Shown here: piece by piece, positions 1-10,255 of the stretch
Numbering within the stretch: the first letter of the stretch is position 1
How the letters are laid out: every line of letters starts with the position of its first letter
Notes under the pieces: model-generated
The model's database searches: none
Told to the model about the DNA's origin: nothing
The model's input: the letters and a program-made list of their open reading frames with translations, nothing else
Source of the DNA: an uncultured delta proteobacterium
Lineage (GTDB): Bacteria; Desulfobacterota; RBG-13-43-22
Direction of reading: 5' to 3'
Assembly: GCA_963802945.1 (NCBI GenBank)
Contig: CAWDKY010000015.1
Location: forward strand, 448,001-512,000
DNA: 64,000 nucleotides
Position numbers and translations under genes: made by a program

Positions 1-44
1 AAACGGCCTTTTTCATCAAAAAAAGTTTACCAAGGAGAAGAAAA

Positions 45-611
45 ATGGATTTCAAAAAGTTATTAGAAGTCAGACGGGCCATTCGGGATTATGAGGACAA
101 AGCCGTATCCGCTGATCTCATCAAGGAGATCATCAAGGACAGTATCAAGGCCCCCAATGGCCGCAACCTCCAGGCCTGGCGTTTTGTCATCATCAACAGC
201 AGAACATTTATAAACCGAATCACAGAAGCGCAGAAAAAAATCATCCTGGAAGATTTGGACAAGAATCCCAATTCACCTTACAAGATGATCGAGGCCGCGG
301 TCAAGAGCGGGACCTTCAGCCCATTTTATAACGCCCCGGCCCTGGTTTTGATTGTCGGGCCGAAGGATGTCCGGACCCTGCCGATCGACTGCGGAATACT
401 GACAGCTTATTTCATGCTTTGTGCGTCAGCGCGGGGATTGGGGACCTGTTTCGCTTTCCAAGGAACATTGATTGAAGACAAAGCCATCCGCAGTGAACTG
501 GGCATTCCCGAAGATTACAGGATTTTCGGATCCATTATCATCGGCTATCCCAAGGCGATCCCGCCCATGCCGGAGCGAAAGGAACCGGTGATACTTAAAA
601 TTATATCATAG
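45..611 (+). CDS. Nitroreductase family protein
   Basis: RRAIRDY, KAPNGRNLQAWRF, ARGLGTC and IIIGYP nitroreductase motifs; AAGGAG RBS upstream. Confidence 0.9.
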   Translation: MDFKKLLEVRRAIRDYEDKAVSADLIKEIIKDSIKAPNGRNLQAWRFVIINSRTFINRITEAQKKIILEDLDKNPNSPYKMIEAAVKSGTFSPFYNAPALVLIVGPKDVRTLPIDCGILTAYFMLCASARGLGTCFAFQGTLIEDKAIRSELGIPEDYRIFGSIIIGYPKAIPPMPERKEPVILKIIS

Positions 612-657
612 CCGGGAACCGGGTGAGGGGTTCCAACCCAATCCGGTTAAACAAATC

Positions 658-1659
658 TTAATCAGAATTTTTCCCCAAGGGCGGATGGATTCCCCCTTTT
701 TCATAGACCGCTCTCAGACGTTCAAGGCCTTCTTGGGGCAAAGGCCCTTTGATCTGGGCGGCAATCGCCTCTTCGAGATGGTCAAGCTCGGCCAGACCAA
801 AAATGACGCAGGAGAGCTTCTTTTGAGCCAGGGCAAAGCGTATGGCCGTTTGGGCCCTTGTCCCATAATCGTTCCCGATTTCGGCAAAAATCTTTTTGGC
901 TTTAATCGTTTCACTTTCAACCGTGTCCCCCGGGGTGAGCGGCCTTTCGCGGCCTGTTCTAGCCTCGGTGGCAATGACGCCCGCTGAAAAAACCCGTATA
1001 CCCATTGCGGCCACGCCGTATTTCTCACAGGCATCCAGGATGCCGGAAAAATCATAGACCTCCCAGGCTTTGGGTAGGCGGAATCCTGCACTCGGGTTAA
1101 GAAGGTTATAATAAACCTGAGCGGAAGAAAGCCGTCCGCTCTCAATTACCTTGATGATGTTCGGCGTTTCACCCAGGGCCGTGATCCCGAAATATTGAAT
1201 GAGCCCCTGATCCTTCACCCTTTCAAAACCGTCAAGAATACCACCCTTGCGTAAAATATCGGAAGCCGCGATCGTATACCCCTTGGTTAGAGGTCCGATC
1301 CGGTTGTGCAGTTGAAGCAAGGTGACGGAATTGCGTTTAAGGCGCTCAAGGCTGGCCGCCAGGCTCCTTTCAATCTGCCCTGGGATATCGCTCAGGTCTT
1401 TGGTGTCTATGGTGACTTTTGTGGAGATATAGGGGGCATCGTCGATCTCCTTGAGGAGCCAGCCCAGCGCTTCCTCGGACCGGCCCATTCCGTATGAGGG
1501 AGCGGTATCGATCCAGTTGATTCCAGCCTCCATGGCCCGTCGGACAGCCGCCCGTTTTGTTGCTTCATCCGAATTGATCAAGATACCGCCGACCGCCCCG
1601 CCGCCGAAGACCAGCTCTGAGACTTTCAAGTCGGTTGTTCCGAACTTACGATATTCCAT
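658..1659 (-). CDS. Aldo/keto reductase
   Basis: MEYRKFGTTDLKVS, GINWIDTAPSYG, SEEALG, LLQLHN AKR motifs. Confidence 0.9.
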   Translation of the reverse strand: MEYRKFGTTDLKVSELVFGGGAVGGILINSDEATKRAAVRRAMEAGINWIDTAPSYGMGRSEEALGWLLKEIDDAPYISTKVTIDTKDLSDIPGQIERSLAASLERLKRNSVTLLQLHNRIGPLTKGYTIAASDILRKGGILDGFERVKDQGLIQYFGITALGETPNIIKVIESGRLSSAQVYYNLLNPSAGFRLPKAWEVYDFSGILDACEKYGVAAMGIRVFSAGVIATEARTGRERPLTPGDTVESETIKAKKIFAEIGNDYGTRAQTAIRFALAQKKLSCVIFGLAELDHLEEAIAAQIKGPLPQEGLERLRAVYEKGGIHPPLGKNSD

Positions 1660-1684
1660 CCTTTAACCTATTGTTCCTTTGCCT

Positions 1685-2752
1685 TTAGGCCGCCTTACCC
1701 CGCTTCAGAGCCGTCATCCTCAGGGTTTCCATGGCATTTTTCGGGGGTATATATCTTTGGCTTTCCGGCTTCCTCTCCAGATGAAGCGCCTCGGTTGGAC
1801 ATTGGGTTACACAAAGACCGCACCCGATACACCGATCAAGATTGACCTGAGCTGTGTTCCCATCTTGTATTTCAATAGCCCCCATCTGGCAACGGTCAAG
1901 ACAGGATTCACAACCCGGGCAGAGATCTTGATCCACAACGGCAAAATAATCGGAGATTACTACGTCCGCCGGGTGGGGCATCTTATTCAGGGCACGAAGG
2001 AGGGCGCAACAATCGCCGCAGCAGCAGCATAATCCCCCTGGATTCTGAGAGTTGGTCAGTTGAATCACCAGTCCGGCCTCTTCGGCCACATCCAGGACCT
2101 TCAACGCTTCCTCCACAGATATTTGGCGTCCCAACCCCTGTTCAATATAATGTTGGGCTGAAGCCCCGAATTGCAAACAAACCTCTACCGGTTTACCGCA
2201 ACCCTTATCTACCAGTCCCTGTTGAACCCGGCAGATACATTTGGTCAGGGATATGAGTTTCTTTTTCTTGACGAGTTCCCTGGAATCCTCATAGGTGGCC
2301 ACAGGATTAGAAACTTCCAGAGAGTGGTTGATGGGAATGGCCCGCATCAGGGGATCTACCGACGTCAGACTATCTAAGAAGGCTTCATTAAAATATTGCT
2401 CACACAGCTTGGCCAATTCTTTATCCATGGCATCGAGTTGAAACTCATAGAGGCCCAGGATATAAGGGACGGCCCCGTAGTTAACTGTTTCTCCCCTGTG
2501 CCAGGTGAAAATATTTCTCTTTCGATTCATTTTTTGCAGGATTGGCTCTACGGTTTCAATTGGGCGTCCAAGCCGCTTGGCAATTTCCTCGGCTGTTTCA
2601 ACTTGTAGGTTCAATCCTAAAAACATTTCAGCTTCCTCTTCGGTGAAAATCTTTTTCAGAATTTTGAACTCCACTCCCGATTCGGTAAGCGGAAAGCCGC
2701 ATGAATATTGATCTAGTTTTTCACGTAACTTTTGATAAACCTCGCTGGGCAT
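1685..2752 (-). CDS. 4Fe-4S dicluster protein with N-terminal winged-helix-like region (paralogue 1)
   Basis: CxCR, CCCCGDCC and two ferredoxin CxxCxxCxxxC motifs; GGAGG RBS favours start at 2752. Confidence 0.8.
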   Translation of the reverse strand: MPSEVYQKLREKLDQYSCGFPLTESGVEFKILKKIFTEEEAEMFLGLNLQVETAEEIAKRLGRPIETVEPILQKMNRKRNIFTWHRGETVNYGAVPYILGLYEFQLDAMDKELAKLCEQYFNEAFLDSLTSVDPLMRAIPINHSLEVSNPVATYEDSRELVKKKKLISLTKCICRVQQGLVDKGCGKPVEVCLQFGASAQHYIEQGLGRQISVEEALKVLDVAEEAGLVIQLTNSQNPGGLCCCCGDCCALLRALNKMPHPADVVISDYFAVVDQDLCPGCESCLDRCQMGAIEIQDGNTAQVNLDRCIGCGLCVTQCPTEALHLERKPESQRYIPPKNAMETLRMTALKRGKAA

Positions 2753-2972
2753 GGCCTCCTCCATTTAATTTGTCTTTATGAATTAAAAATATCCCCTGTT
2801 CATCCTAAAGTCAATGGATAAGGTTTTAGATAATTGTCCGTCGTCCTCAGTTATCAGCCATCAAAATTACCGACAAAAACCTTCTGCCTAGCCAAGCAAT
2901 CCAAGCTAAAAACTTTTGGAAAGGAGATAGGTGTAATATTAGTAATATTAGGGCCAAGTATTTTTTCTTGGT

Positions 2973-3035
2973 GTTAATCTTTGCTCTAATGACGTCACTT
3001 GTTGTAGATGTATGCACGCCTAGGTATCGAGACGA
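2973..3035 (-). pseudogene. Remnant resembling the C-terminal HTH of a REP-associated tyrosine transposase (copy A)
   Basis: Translates SRYLGVHTSTTSDVIRAK; clear nucleotide homology to 31226-31287. Confidence 0.4.
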
Positions 3036-3213
3036 TTCCACCTTTCTACTTGACTCTTTTTTTCTTCCCATTTTATAATCTCCCCTATAAAAAAATCTTT
3101 TCTAGTAGTGAAAAGTTGTGGTGAGGCATGATGGATGGAGTTGCCAGGAAGAATGAAAGGGTTTCTTCTGGATGGGCAATGACGAAAATGGTTAAAGAAA
3201 AGGAGATGCGAAC

Positions 3214-4449
3214 ATGACGAAATTGAAGGAAGTGGTAGTCGTGGATGCGGTGAGGTCGGCTATCGGCAAGTCGGGGCGGAAGGGAATGGAGAAAGGCGGC
3301 CAGCTTTGCCAGGCATCAGCTCAGGATTTCCTGGCCAACACCCTCCGGGGATTGTTGGACAGGGTTCACTCCCGATGTCCCAAGTTCGATGAAAAGGAAA
3401 TCGAAAACGTGATTATTGGGTGTCTGAGCCAGATCGGGGAGCAAGGCGCCAATATTGCACGCGTGGCCTCCCTCCTGGCCGGTATCCCTAACGAGGCGGC
3501 GGGCTGCACGGTGAACCAGTACTGTAATGCCGGACTCAAGGCCATCAATATCGCTGCGCACGAGATCATGGTCGGGGAAGGGGACATCATGGTCTGCGGA
3601 GGTGTGGAGATTATGTCCCACTATAATATGATGTCGGATATTCAAGTAGCTGTTGATGCCAATTATCCGGTTCGTTTATCATCTCGACTTGAGGAAGGCG
3701 GCCTGAGCGTACCTCAGGGGGTTTGTGCCGAGATGATCTCCGCGGACCAGGGTCACACCCGGGAGGACCTGGAGCGCTTCGGCATGTGGAGTATGCAGAA
3801 AGCGATTCAGGCCGAAAGGAAGGGATGGTTTGCCGATCATATTGTCCCCTTCGAGTTCACCTGGGAGGGAGTGACCCGAAAAGTGGAAAAAGATGAAGTT
3901 CTGAGGACAAAGGCGGTGGAGAACCCGGAAGGATACCTCCGGGATCTCATGGCCCTTTCCACTCCATTCAAGGAAAAAGGGCTGGTCAGCGCAGGCAACT
4001 CCTCGCAGATCGTAGATGGAGCGGCGGCGGTCCTGCTCATGAGCGCGGACAAGGCTGAGACACTGGGCATTGAGCCCCTCTGTAAAATTGTGTCCTGCGC
4101 CGTGGCCGGGGGCGAGCCGGTGCCCATGCTCCTGGCGCCAATCCCGGCCGCGAGGAAGGCCCTCAAGCGAGCCGGCAAGACCATCAAGGACATGGACATC
4201 ATTGAGCCCAACGAGGCTTTCGCCTCCCCATTGCTCCAGTTTGCAGATGAGCTCGGCTACGACCGCTTCGACCCCAGAGTGAATCCGACGGGGGGGGCCA
4301 TTGCTTTGGGACATCCTATTGGTGCGTCCGGGGCCGTTTACTTCGGGGAGATGGTCCATCACCTCAAGCGCACTGGCGGGAAGGCCGGCCTCCAGATGAT
4401 CTGCGGTGGTGGAGGTATTGGTATCGCCACCGTGGTGGAAGCGGTTTGA
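3214..4449 (+). CDS. Thiolase (acetyl-CoA C-acyltransferase)
   Basis: NQYCNAG, NEAFA, GHPIGASG, ICGGGG catalytic motifs. Confidence 0.92.
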   Translation: MTKLKEVVVVDAVRSAIGKSGRKGMEKGGQLCQASAQDFLANTLRGLLDRVHSRCPKFDEKEIENVIIGCLSQIGEQGANIARVASLLAGIPNEAAGCTVNQYCNAGLKAINIAAHEIMVGEGDIMVCGGVEIMSHYNMMSDIQVAVDANYPVRLSSRLEEGGLSVPQGVCAEMISADQGHTREDLERFGMWSMQKAIQAERKGWFADHIVPFEFTWEGVTRKVEKDEVLRTKAVENPEGYLRDLMALSTPFKEKGLVSAGNSSQIVDGAAAVLLMSADKAETLGIEPLCKIVSCAVAGGEPVPMLLAPIPAARKALKRAGKTIKDMDIIEPNEAFASPLLQFADELGYDRFDPRVNPTGGAIALGHPIGASGAVYFGEMVHHLKRTGGKAGLQMICGGGGIGIATVVEAV

Positions 4450-4503
4450 TCTCCGGAAGATTACTTTTTAACTTGAAGAAGGTGATAAGTGAGCCGGGTT
4501 AAG

Positions 4504-6222
4504 TCATTTTTTTAAGTTGCTCAAATAGGATTGTACCTGCTCGCTATCCAAGCAATTAAAAACATCTTCTTTAGACAGCCAGCCCTTGCGGGCCATGCCC
4601 ACTCCATAGGAAATATCTTCCAGTCCGTCCAGGTGATGGGCATCGGGATTGATGGCGATCTTGATACTCAGCTCTTTGGCCTTTTTCATCAACCGCCAGT
4701 CCAGATCCAGGCGATGGGGGTTGGCGTTCAATTCGATGATGACTCCATTATGCGCCGCAGCCTCAAGGACTTGATTCATATCCACCGGATATGGATCACG
4801 GGCCAGAAGAAGGCGGCCTGTCGGGTGCCCTAACATCGTGGTGTAGGGGTTTTCTATAGCTCGAATGACCCGACGGGTCATCTCCGCCTCGGTCATGTTA
4901 AAACGGGAATGGACCGAGGCGATGACAAAATCGAATTGGGCCAATTCCTCGTCGGAATAATCGAGCGATCCGTTCGGCAAGATATCGGATTCGATCCCCC
5001 AAAACAAATGCACCTTTTTTTGTTTCTGATTTATAGCGGCTATCTCTGCCCGCTGCTTTTCCAACTGATCCGTCTTTAATCCCCCGGCATAAGCGGCCGA
5101 CTGGCTGTGGTCGGAAATACCAAGATACTTTAAACCCGCTTGGTCAGCCGCCTGAACCCATTGAGAAAGGGTTGGAGTTCCGTCGCTGAAATGGGTATGG
5201 AAATGAAAGGCCCCCCGGATATCCTTTTCCTCCACCAGGACCGGCAGGGTATAATTTTCTGCGGCCTCGATTTCCCCCCAGCCCTCACGAAGTTCCGGCG
5301 GTATATAATCAAGTCCCAATAGGCGGTAGATATCCATTTCATTTTTACAGGGAAGGATGCTTTCTCCCTTAAACAACCCATATTCATTGATTTTGTAGCC
5401 CAGATCCTTGGCCCTGGGCCGTAAGATCATATGATGCTCTTTGCTGCCAGTGAAGTGATGGAGGGCATAAGGAAATTGTTTTGGCCTTACAACCCTGAGG
5501 TCTGCTTGGACACCGCTATCGAGAAGCACCGAGGATTTGGTTGAACCTTTGCTCAGGATTTGATTGACCATCGGCAGGCTGATAAAAAAATCCATGACAT
5601 CTTCCGGATGGGCGCTTTCGGCCACCAGGTCCATATCCTTTACGGTTTCCATCCTGCGGCGCAGGCTTCCAGCCAGAGAGCCCCGGAGGGTCTTGGGGTG
5701 TTTGTTGATCTTCTCAAGAACTTCTGAGGCCAAGGGATAGATCCCTCCAAAAAGAAAACGCCCTTGAAATCGCTTGAATTGCTCGATCCCCTGCAGAATT
5801 TTTTCCTGGGATTTCGGGCCAAAACCCGGCAGGGTGAACAATCTATTCTCATGGCAGGCATACTCCAGTTCGCCTACGGACTTGATGCCCAGTTTCTCAA
5901 ATAACTCTTTGACCTTCTTGGGACCAAGGCCAGGCACTCGGAGCATCTCCCGGACACCTTCCGGGAAGGTTGCCTTGAGTTCTTGAAGCAAAGGGATGGA
6001 GCCGTCTTGGATCAGTTGGGTAATCTGAAGGGAAAGGGTCTTGCCGATACCTTTGATCTGGGAAAGGGTTCCGGAACGAATCAGTTCCGAGACAGAAGAC
6101 TCTTGGGCCTCAATGATCCGGGCCCCTTCGGCATAGGCCCTGATCTTGAATGGATTTCCCCCGGACAGTTCCAGGAGCAGGGCGATCTCGTTGAGGATTT
6201 GGGCTACGTCCTTATTGTCCAT
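4504..6222 (-). CDS. polX: DNA polymerase X / PHP 3'-5' exonuclease
   Basis: HhH repeats, GSLRRRMETVKDMD, HFTGSKEH, PHP motifs HFHT..SDG, DHS, HPTGR, NPDAH. Confidence 0.95.
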   Translation of the reverse strand: MDNKDVAQILNEIALLLELSGGNPFKIRAYAEGARIIEAQESSVSELIRSGTLSQIKGIGKTLSLQITQLIQDGSIPLLQELKATFPEGVREMLRVPGLGPKKVKELFEKLGIKSVGELEYACHENRLFTLPGFGPKSQEKILQGIEQFKRFQGRFLFGGIYPLASEVLEKINKHPKTLRGSLAGSLRRRMETVKDMDLVAESAHPEDVMDFFISLPMVNQILSKGSTKSSVLLDSGVQADLRVVRPKQFPYALHHFTGSKEHHMILRPRAKDLGYKINEYGLFKGESILPCKNEMDIYRLLGLDYIPPELREGWGEIEAAENYTLPVLVEEKDIRGAFHFHTHFSDGTPTLSQWVQAADQAGLKYLGISDHSQSAAYAGGLKTDQLEKQRAEIAAINQKQKKVHLFWGIESDILPNGSLDYSDEELAQFDFVIASVHSRFNMTEAEMTRRVIRAIENPYTTMLGHPTGRLLLARDPYPVDMNQVLEAAAHNGVIIELNANPHRLDLDWRLMKKAKELSIKIAINPDAHHLDGLEDISYGVGMARKGWLSKEDVFNCLDSEQVQSYLSNLKK

Positions 6223-6346
6223 GAGGAGAAAAGAAGATGATGAAAGATATTTGACAGTTTTTTTTATATTAAATTACCATTGAAAGGGAAGTCAAGGATA
6301 AAACCAGGGAGCAGAAACAAGGAACAAGGTCCGGGTAATGTCAGGC

Positions 6347-7036
6347 TCATATCTTGATTTTTTTCCAGTCGCCTCTGGAAAAACGCCACCAGAGTAAAGC
6401 TCCTCGTGTATTGATATCCAATACAGCCGCCGACCATGCTCCAACAGGGCCAAGCTGAATAGCGAGGGCCAGAAAATAAGCCAGCGGAAGTCGTAAGAGC
6501 CAAATGCAGCCGGTCATGATCAACAATACCCACCTGGTGTCGCCGGCACCTCGGAGACCGCCGGCCAGGGTATTGCTCGTTCCCATCATGGGCATGGCCA
6601 AGGCCCATATCTTCAGGCTCAAGGCCGACAGGGTAATCACCTGCAGATCGGATATGAAGAGAGAGGCCATCCCGGCGCCGAAGAAAAACATGATAACTCC
6701 GACCATAGTCATGACCATCATAGCGTATTTCCGCGCAAGACGGGCGGCCATTTCACCCACTTCCGGGCGCCCTGCCCCCAGGGATTGGCCGACAGCGGCC
6801 AGGGCTGAAGCGCCAAGACGGCCCACCAGAATAGTATTGATGAGTCCACCGAGGTCGAAAAAAGTCGTCTCCAAGACAACGGGCCAGGCCAAACGAAGCA
6901 CTGTCCTCGGCAGATCCGCTTTGGTCAGCGTTTCAATAAGTATGGTTTTTGCCCCTTTGGGGGCGCCGTTTTCAGGCATATCTGTTCTTTGTCGATTCTC
7001 AGTATCTTTGGAAGATAAACTGGAAATGGTTTGCAA
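6347..7036 (-). pseudogene. MATE family efflux transporter with large in-frame internal deletion
   Basis: N-terminal LAWPVVLE...VGRLGASALAAVG joined directly to second-half QSLGAGRPE...GLRGAGDT; 229 aa versus the usual ~450. Confidence 0.7.
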
Positions 7037-7289
7037 GACCTGGATTGGAAAAGAAGCTGCTTTTTGATGGGTAAAGTATAGGCAAAGAAAAAAAATGGGT
7101 CAAGGGGAAAAGTTTAAATAGGCGTTGTCCCAAGTTTCTTATTTAAAGATTGGGAGTTGATGTCATTGAACCGCATGCGCCTGCTTCCGTCTTCTCACCA
7201 TCATGGAAGCCAAGGAATGTTCAGTGTCGTCACTCTTCTGTATTACTAGTGCCTGACCCCGTTTACCCACTCATCTTTTGTTTTGGGAT

Positions 7290-7369
7290 GGATGATAAAG
7301 CGATGTAGAATAATTGGGTTAGATCAAAAAAAATCGGCCCAATGGGAAAAAATAAGTTGTTTTAGAACC
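7290..7369 (+). repeat. Dispersed ~80-110 bp intergenic element, copy 1
   Basis: GGATGATAAA...GGGTTAGATCAAAA...AATAAGTTGTTTTAGAACC shared with copies at 53941, 55742, 57298. Confidence 0.75.
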
Positions 7370-7557
7370 AACGTCCACTCCTACGGAACATCAACCTGTG
7401 AAATTTCAGCAAGAGTAAAGACGTTGAAAACCTGGGGCGGTTCTAACACGTCTATTCCCTGCAAGAAAAAAATTGCTCTTTCTTGCATACGGAGAACCTT
7501 TTTCTCTTGACAGGGCCTTTTAATGGGTGACCCCAAAAACCACTAAACCAAATTTTT

Positions 7558-8233
7558 TTATTTATTTCTATTAAATTTCCAGCCTTTTTTAATGAATATG
7601 AAGGACCAATCTATAAAAATTATATCAGCAAAAGAGCTCAGCAATAAAATAATACTAAGGTATATAACTTTCGTTTTTGGTTGGTCTAGGCACAAGTAGC
7701 TATCATAAGGACCAATAATAGAAGGAAACAAAATCAAAATAATTATCATGGTAGAACAATTTATCTCAAACCATGGCCAAGGGATTGACTTCCTAACAAA
7801 TTTTGGATTTGTTTTTCCAATTAAATACATCGAAAAAATCCAAAAGCAGTCAACAAAAAGGAGGGTTATTATTAGTTTGAAAAAGAGATCAATATTATTA
7901 TTTTTAAAAGTCAGCGCATAAAAGTATAGAATTGACAATTCCATGATAATAAGGCTGAAATCATAACCCCAGCTGAAATTTAGGGCGTTAGGAGGATTTT
8001 CTTCTAAGGTTTTTAAATACAATAACCTACCAATGTAAAAATCTGATAATAAAAGATAATAATACAAAAAGTGGACTCCATATCATTAGAAATTTCGAGT
8101 CCAGAGATACAGGAAAACCAAGATTATAAAATAATTCAAGGCCTTTTTGAAAAGCTCCCCCTGCCAGTATAGAAATAAAAAAGGTCGTTATTATTGCTCT
8201 GCGGCCAAAAATAATCGATTTAGAATCTATCAT
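7558..8233 (-). CDS. Hypothetical multi-pass membrane protein (~224 aa, ~6 TM), split by one extra base
   Basis: ORFs 8027-8233 and 7558-8067 join (IIRF|YIGRLL) if one base is removed from the run at 8037-8041; hydrophobic segments throughout. Confidence 0.65.
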
Positions 8234-9267
8234 TAAAAAAGCTTTCGTTTGACCGAAATATTAATTCTATAAGAAAATGTTTCTGGCTCTCCATCAAGAT
8301 ATTTTTTCCCTGTATAAAATTGGAATAGTTCCATCGGACCTGTATCATCAGAAACAAAAATCTCTGGAAATGGATCCACTTTTTTTAAATCACCGGCTTC
8401 TGATATTCTCAATAAATCTATACCCCGTTTTAAGCTTATTAAAATTCTATAATCGGATATGATTGTTGACGTTTTTGGATTTTCTAAACCATCTCTAAAG
8501 ATTTTTTTATCCATCGAGTTCAATTGGTCTTTATAGGCTGCCAACTCACTTCGAGGGAGTTTTCTGTTTTCAATTTGTTCCGTAAAGGTTTTGAGTTCCT
8601 TTATAAACTTATTTTTTACCTCAAATGGATCAATAATTGAAAAAAAAAGAGGAACCCCCTTAACCGTATCAAATAATTTTTGAATTTTGTTAAGTTGTCG
8701 TTTTTTCTCTTTGAGAATACAAGTAGTTATAGGATTAAAAAAAAGCTTAAACGCATATATCATTCCAGGTTGGATTGATTCTTTACAATTTATAGTCACA
8801 AAGGTAAATTTGATCTCATCCAGAATTTTAATCTCTTCCCAATCAAAAACTTCATCGTCAAAAACATTAGTTTTATATTCGGAAACAATTCCCTTATGTT
8901 CAATTCTCTGATTTTTTTTGCCAGGGTAATCTTCTTCAATGATTACTTCTGGGGGAATCCATTTTATGGATTTTGAAGGAACTTTATTATAATGGTTATT
9001 TACCTTACTTTGTGGCTCCTTAAAATCTGAGGATAAATCTTTAAGTCTTTTATTATCATCAAGAAAATAAGAAAATTCATCATATCGCCACTTCTCAATG
9101 AAGGAGTTTGGATAGATTAATATTAGCTTTTCAATTGGAGACGGAGAACAATTCTGGACAAAAAATTCCGTACGAATTTCAGAGGAACCTTGGGCAAGTA
9201 TTTTTATATCTTCGTAAGCATAAACGATATCAATTTTCGCGTATGGGGCAAATAAATAAAAACACAT
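8233..9267 (-). CDS. Hypothetical protein, 344 aa, no recognised family
   Basis: Long ORF in AT-rich DNA; stop overlaps the next start by 1 nt. Confidence 0.7.
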   Translation of the reverse strand: MCFYLFAPYAKIDIVYAYEDIKILAQGSSEIRTEFFVQNCSPSPIEKLILIYPNSFIEKWRYDEFSYFLDDNKRLKDLSSDFKEPQSKVNNHYNKVPSKSIKWIPPEVIIEEDYPGKKNQRIEHKGIVSEYKTNVFDDEVFDWEEIKILDEIKFTFVTINCKESIQPGMIYAFKLFFNPITTCILKEKKRQLNKIQKLFDTVKGVPLFFSIIDPFEVKNKFIKELKTFTEQIENRKLPRSELAAYKDQLNSMDKKIFRDGLENPKTSTIISDYRILISLKRGIDLLRISEAGDLKKVDPFPEIFVSDDTGPMELFQFYTGKKYLDGEPETFSYRINISVKRKLF

Positions 9268-9284
9268 TTTTATTTTTGAAGGAT

Positions 9285-9458
9285 TTAACGGGACATCGGA
9301 GCATTTATAATATGACCGTTCTTTGTTTTGTCCTTAATTTCACCCACAACCGTGTTTATTTCTTTATCTATTTTCTTAATACATTGTTCGTTTGACAAGC
9401 CTTCTTTCTTACAAACTTCCACTATAAAACCCTCTTTTGGCTTTTTTTCGATTAGCAT
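9285..9458 (-). CDS. Small hypothetical protein, 57 aa (below ORF-track cutoff)
   Basis: AAGGAGGG RBS then MLIEKKPKEGFIVEVCKKEGLSNEQCIKKIDKEINTVVGEIKDKTKNGHIINAPMSR; ends 17 nt before the 344-aa ORF. Confidence 0.6.
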   Translation of the reverse strand: MLIEKKPKEGFIVEVCKKEGLSNEQCIKKIDKEINTVVGEIKDKTKNGHIINAPMSR

Positions 9459-10033
9459 AGTCCCTCCTTGCCATTTTTTTATAGGATCTGTTTGTTATTA
9501 CATCCTATATTATTTATCGGAAATTTTAAAAAATCCTTTAACTTTAAATAATAAAATCCCTCCTAGTTTGAAACTTATAAAATTTAAACGGGTCAAGTCT
9601 GCTCTTGACTCTTTCTCTCAGTTATTCAATGACACAAACTTATTATAATAAAAAAAGGCTGAATATTTATTCGTTCGAAAAAAGGATGACCTGTTCACCT
9701 ATCACTTCAACCGGCCATTTGACCGGGCAACTTACTTCAAAAAGCAAGGAAATGTTACCTTCACAAACAACGGGTGAAGAGGTGTTTAAAAAAAAGGCCC
9801 TAGGGAAATTGGGTAATAATTGGTTTATAAAGGCAAAAAAGAGGGAAGTCAAGGAAAAAGTAGAAAAAGTTCGGAGTTGTTGTTCGGAATTCCGCCTTGG
9901 GGTAACCAAAGACTTGGAGGGACAACCTATTTATTTTGTAAAATATTTCTTGATTTTTAACTTCCGATATTTTAGGTTATATTATGAAATATTATGTTTT
10001 ATTAAGAAATGGCGGACTTGGGGAGATAATGCA

Positions 10034-10255
10034 ATGCCTAAGTGGATGACGGTAAGGCAGATAGCTGAATATTTACAAATGAGTGATGATAAAATCTATG
10101 ACATGGCTCAAAAAAGAGAACTCCCCGGTTCAAAGGTGCGCATTCAATGGCGATTTGACCAGGATGAAATTGATTTATGGATGAGAGCCCAACGTCCGGC
10201 GGCCGGCATCACGTTACAGAAAAACAATAAAAAGTTAAAAAGGAATGTTAAATGA
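10034..10255 (+). CDS. Excisionase-like (HTH_17) DNA-binding protein
   Basis: MPKWMTVRQIAEYLQMSDDKIYDMAQKRELPGSKVRIQWRFD; GGGGAG RBS; ATGA overlap with the MTase. Confidence 0.85.
   Translation: MPKWMTVRQIAEYLQMSDDKIYDMAQKRELPGSKVRIQWRFDQDEIDLWMRAQRPAAGITLQKNNKKLKRNVK

Noticed and set aside
3679-4362. Long antisense ORFs (e.g. 3679-4362, 13397-14002, 24776-25360, 60395-61000, 63227-63814)
   Set aside because: Shadow frames of well-supported genes with no recognisable motifs
7355-7369. GTTTTAGAAC resembling the start of a type II CRISPR repeat (also ~55829, ~57395)
   Set aside because: Copies are kilobases apart, with no repeat-spacer array and no cas genes
9605-10033. 143-aa N-terminal extension of the HTH ORF in the track
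   Set aside because: TTG start in AT-rich promoter-like DNA; the RBS and domain start point to ATG 10034
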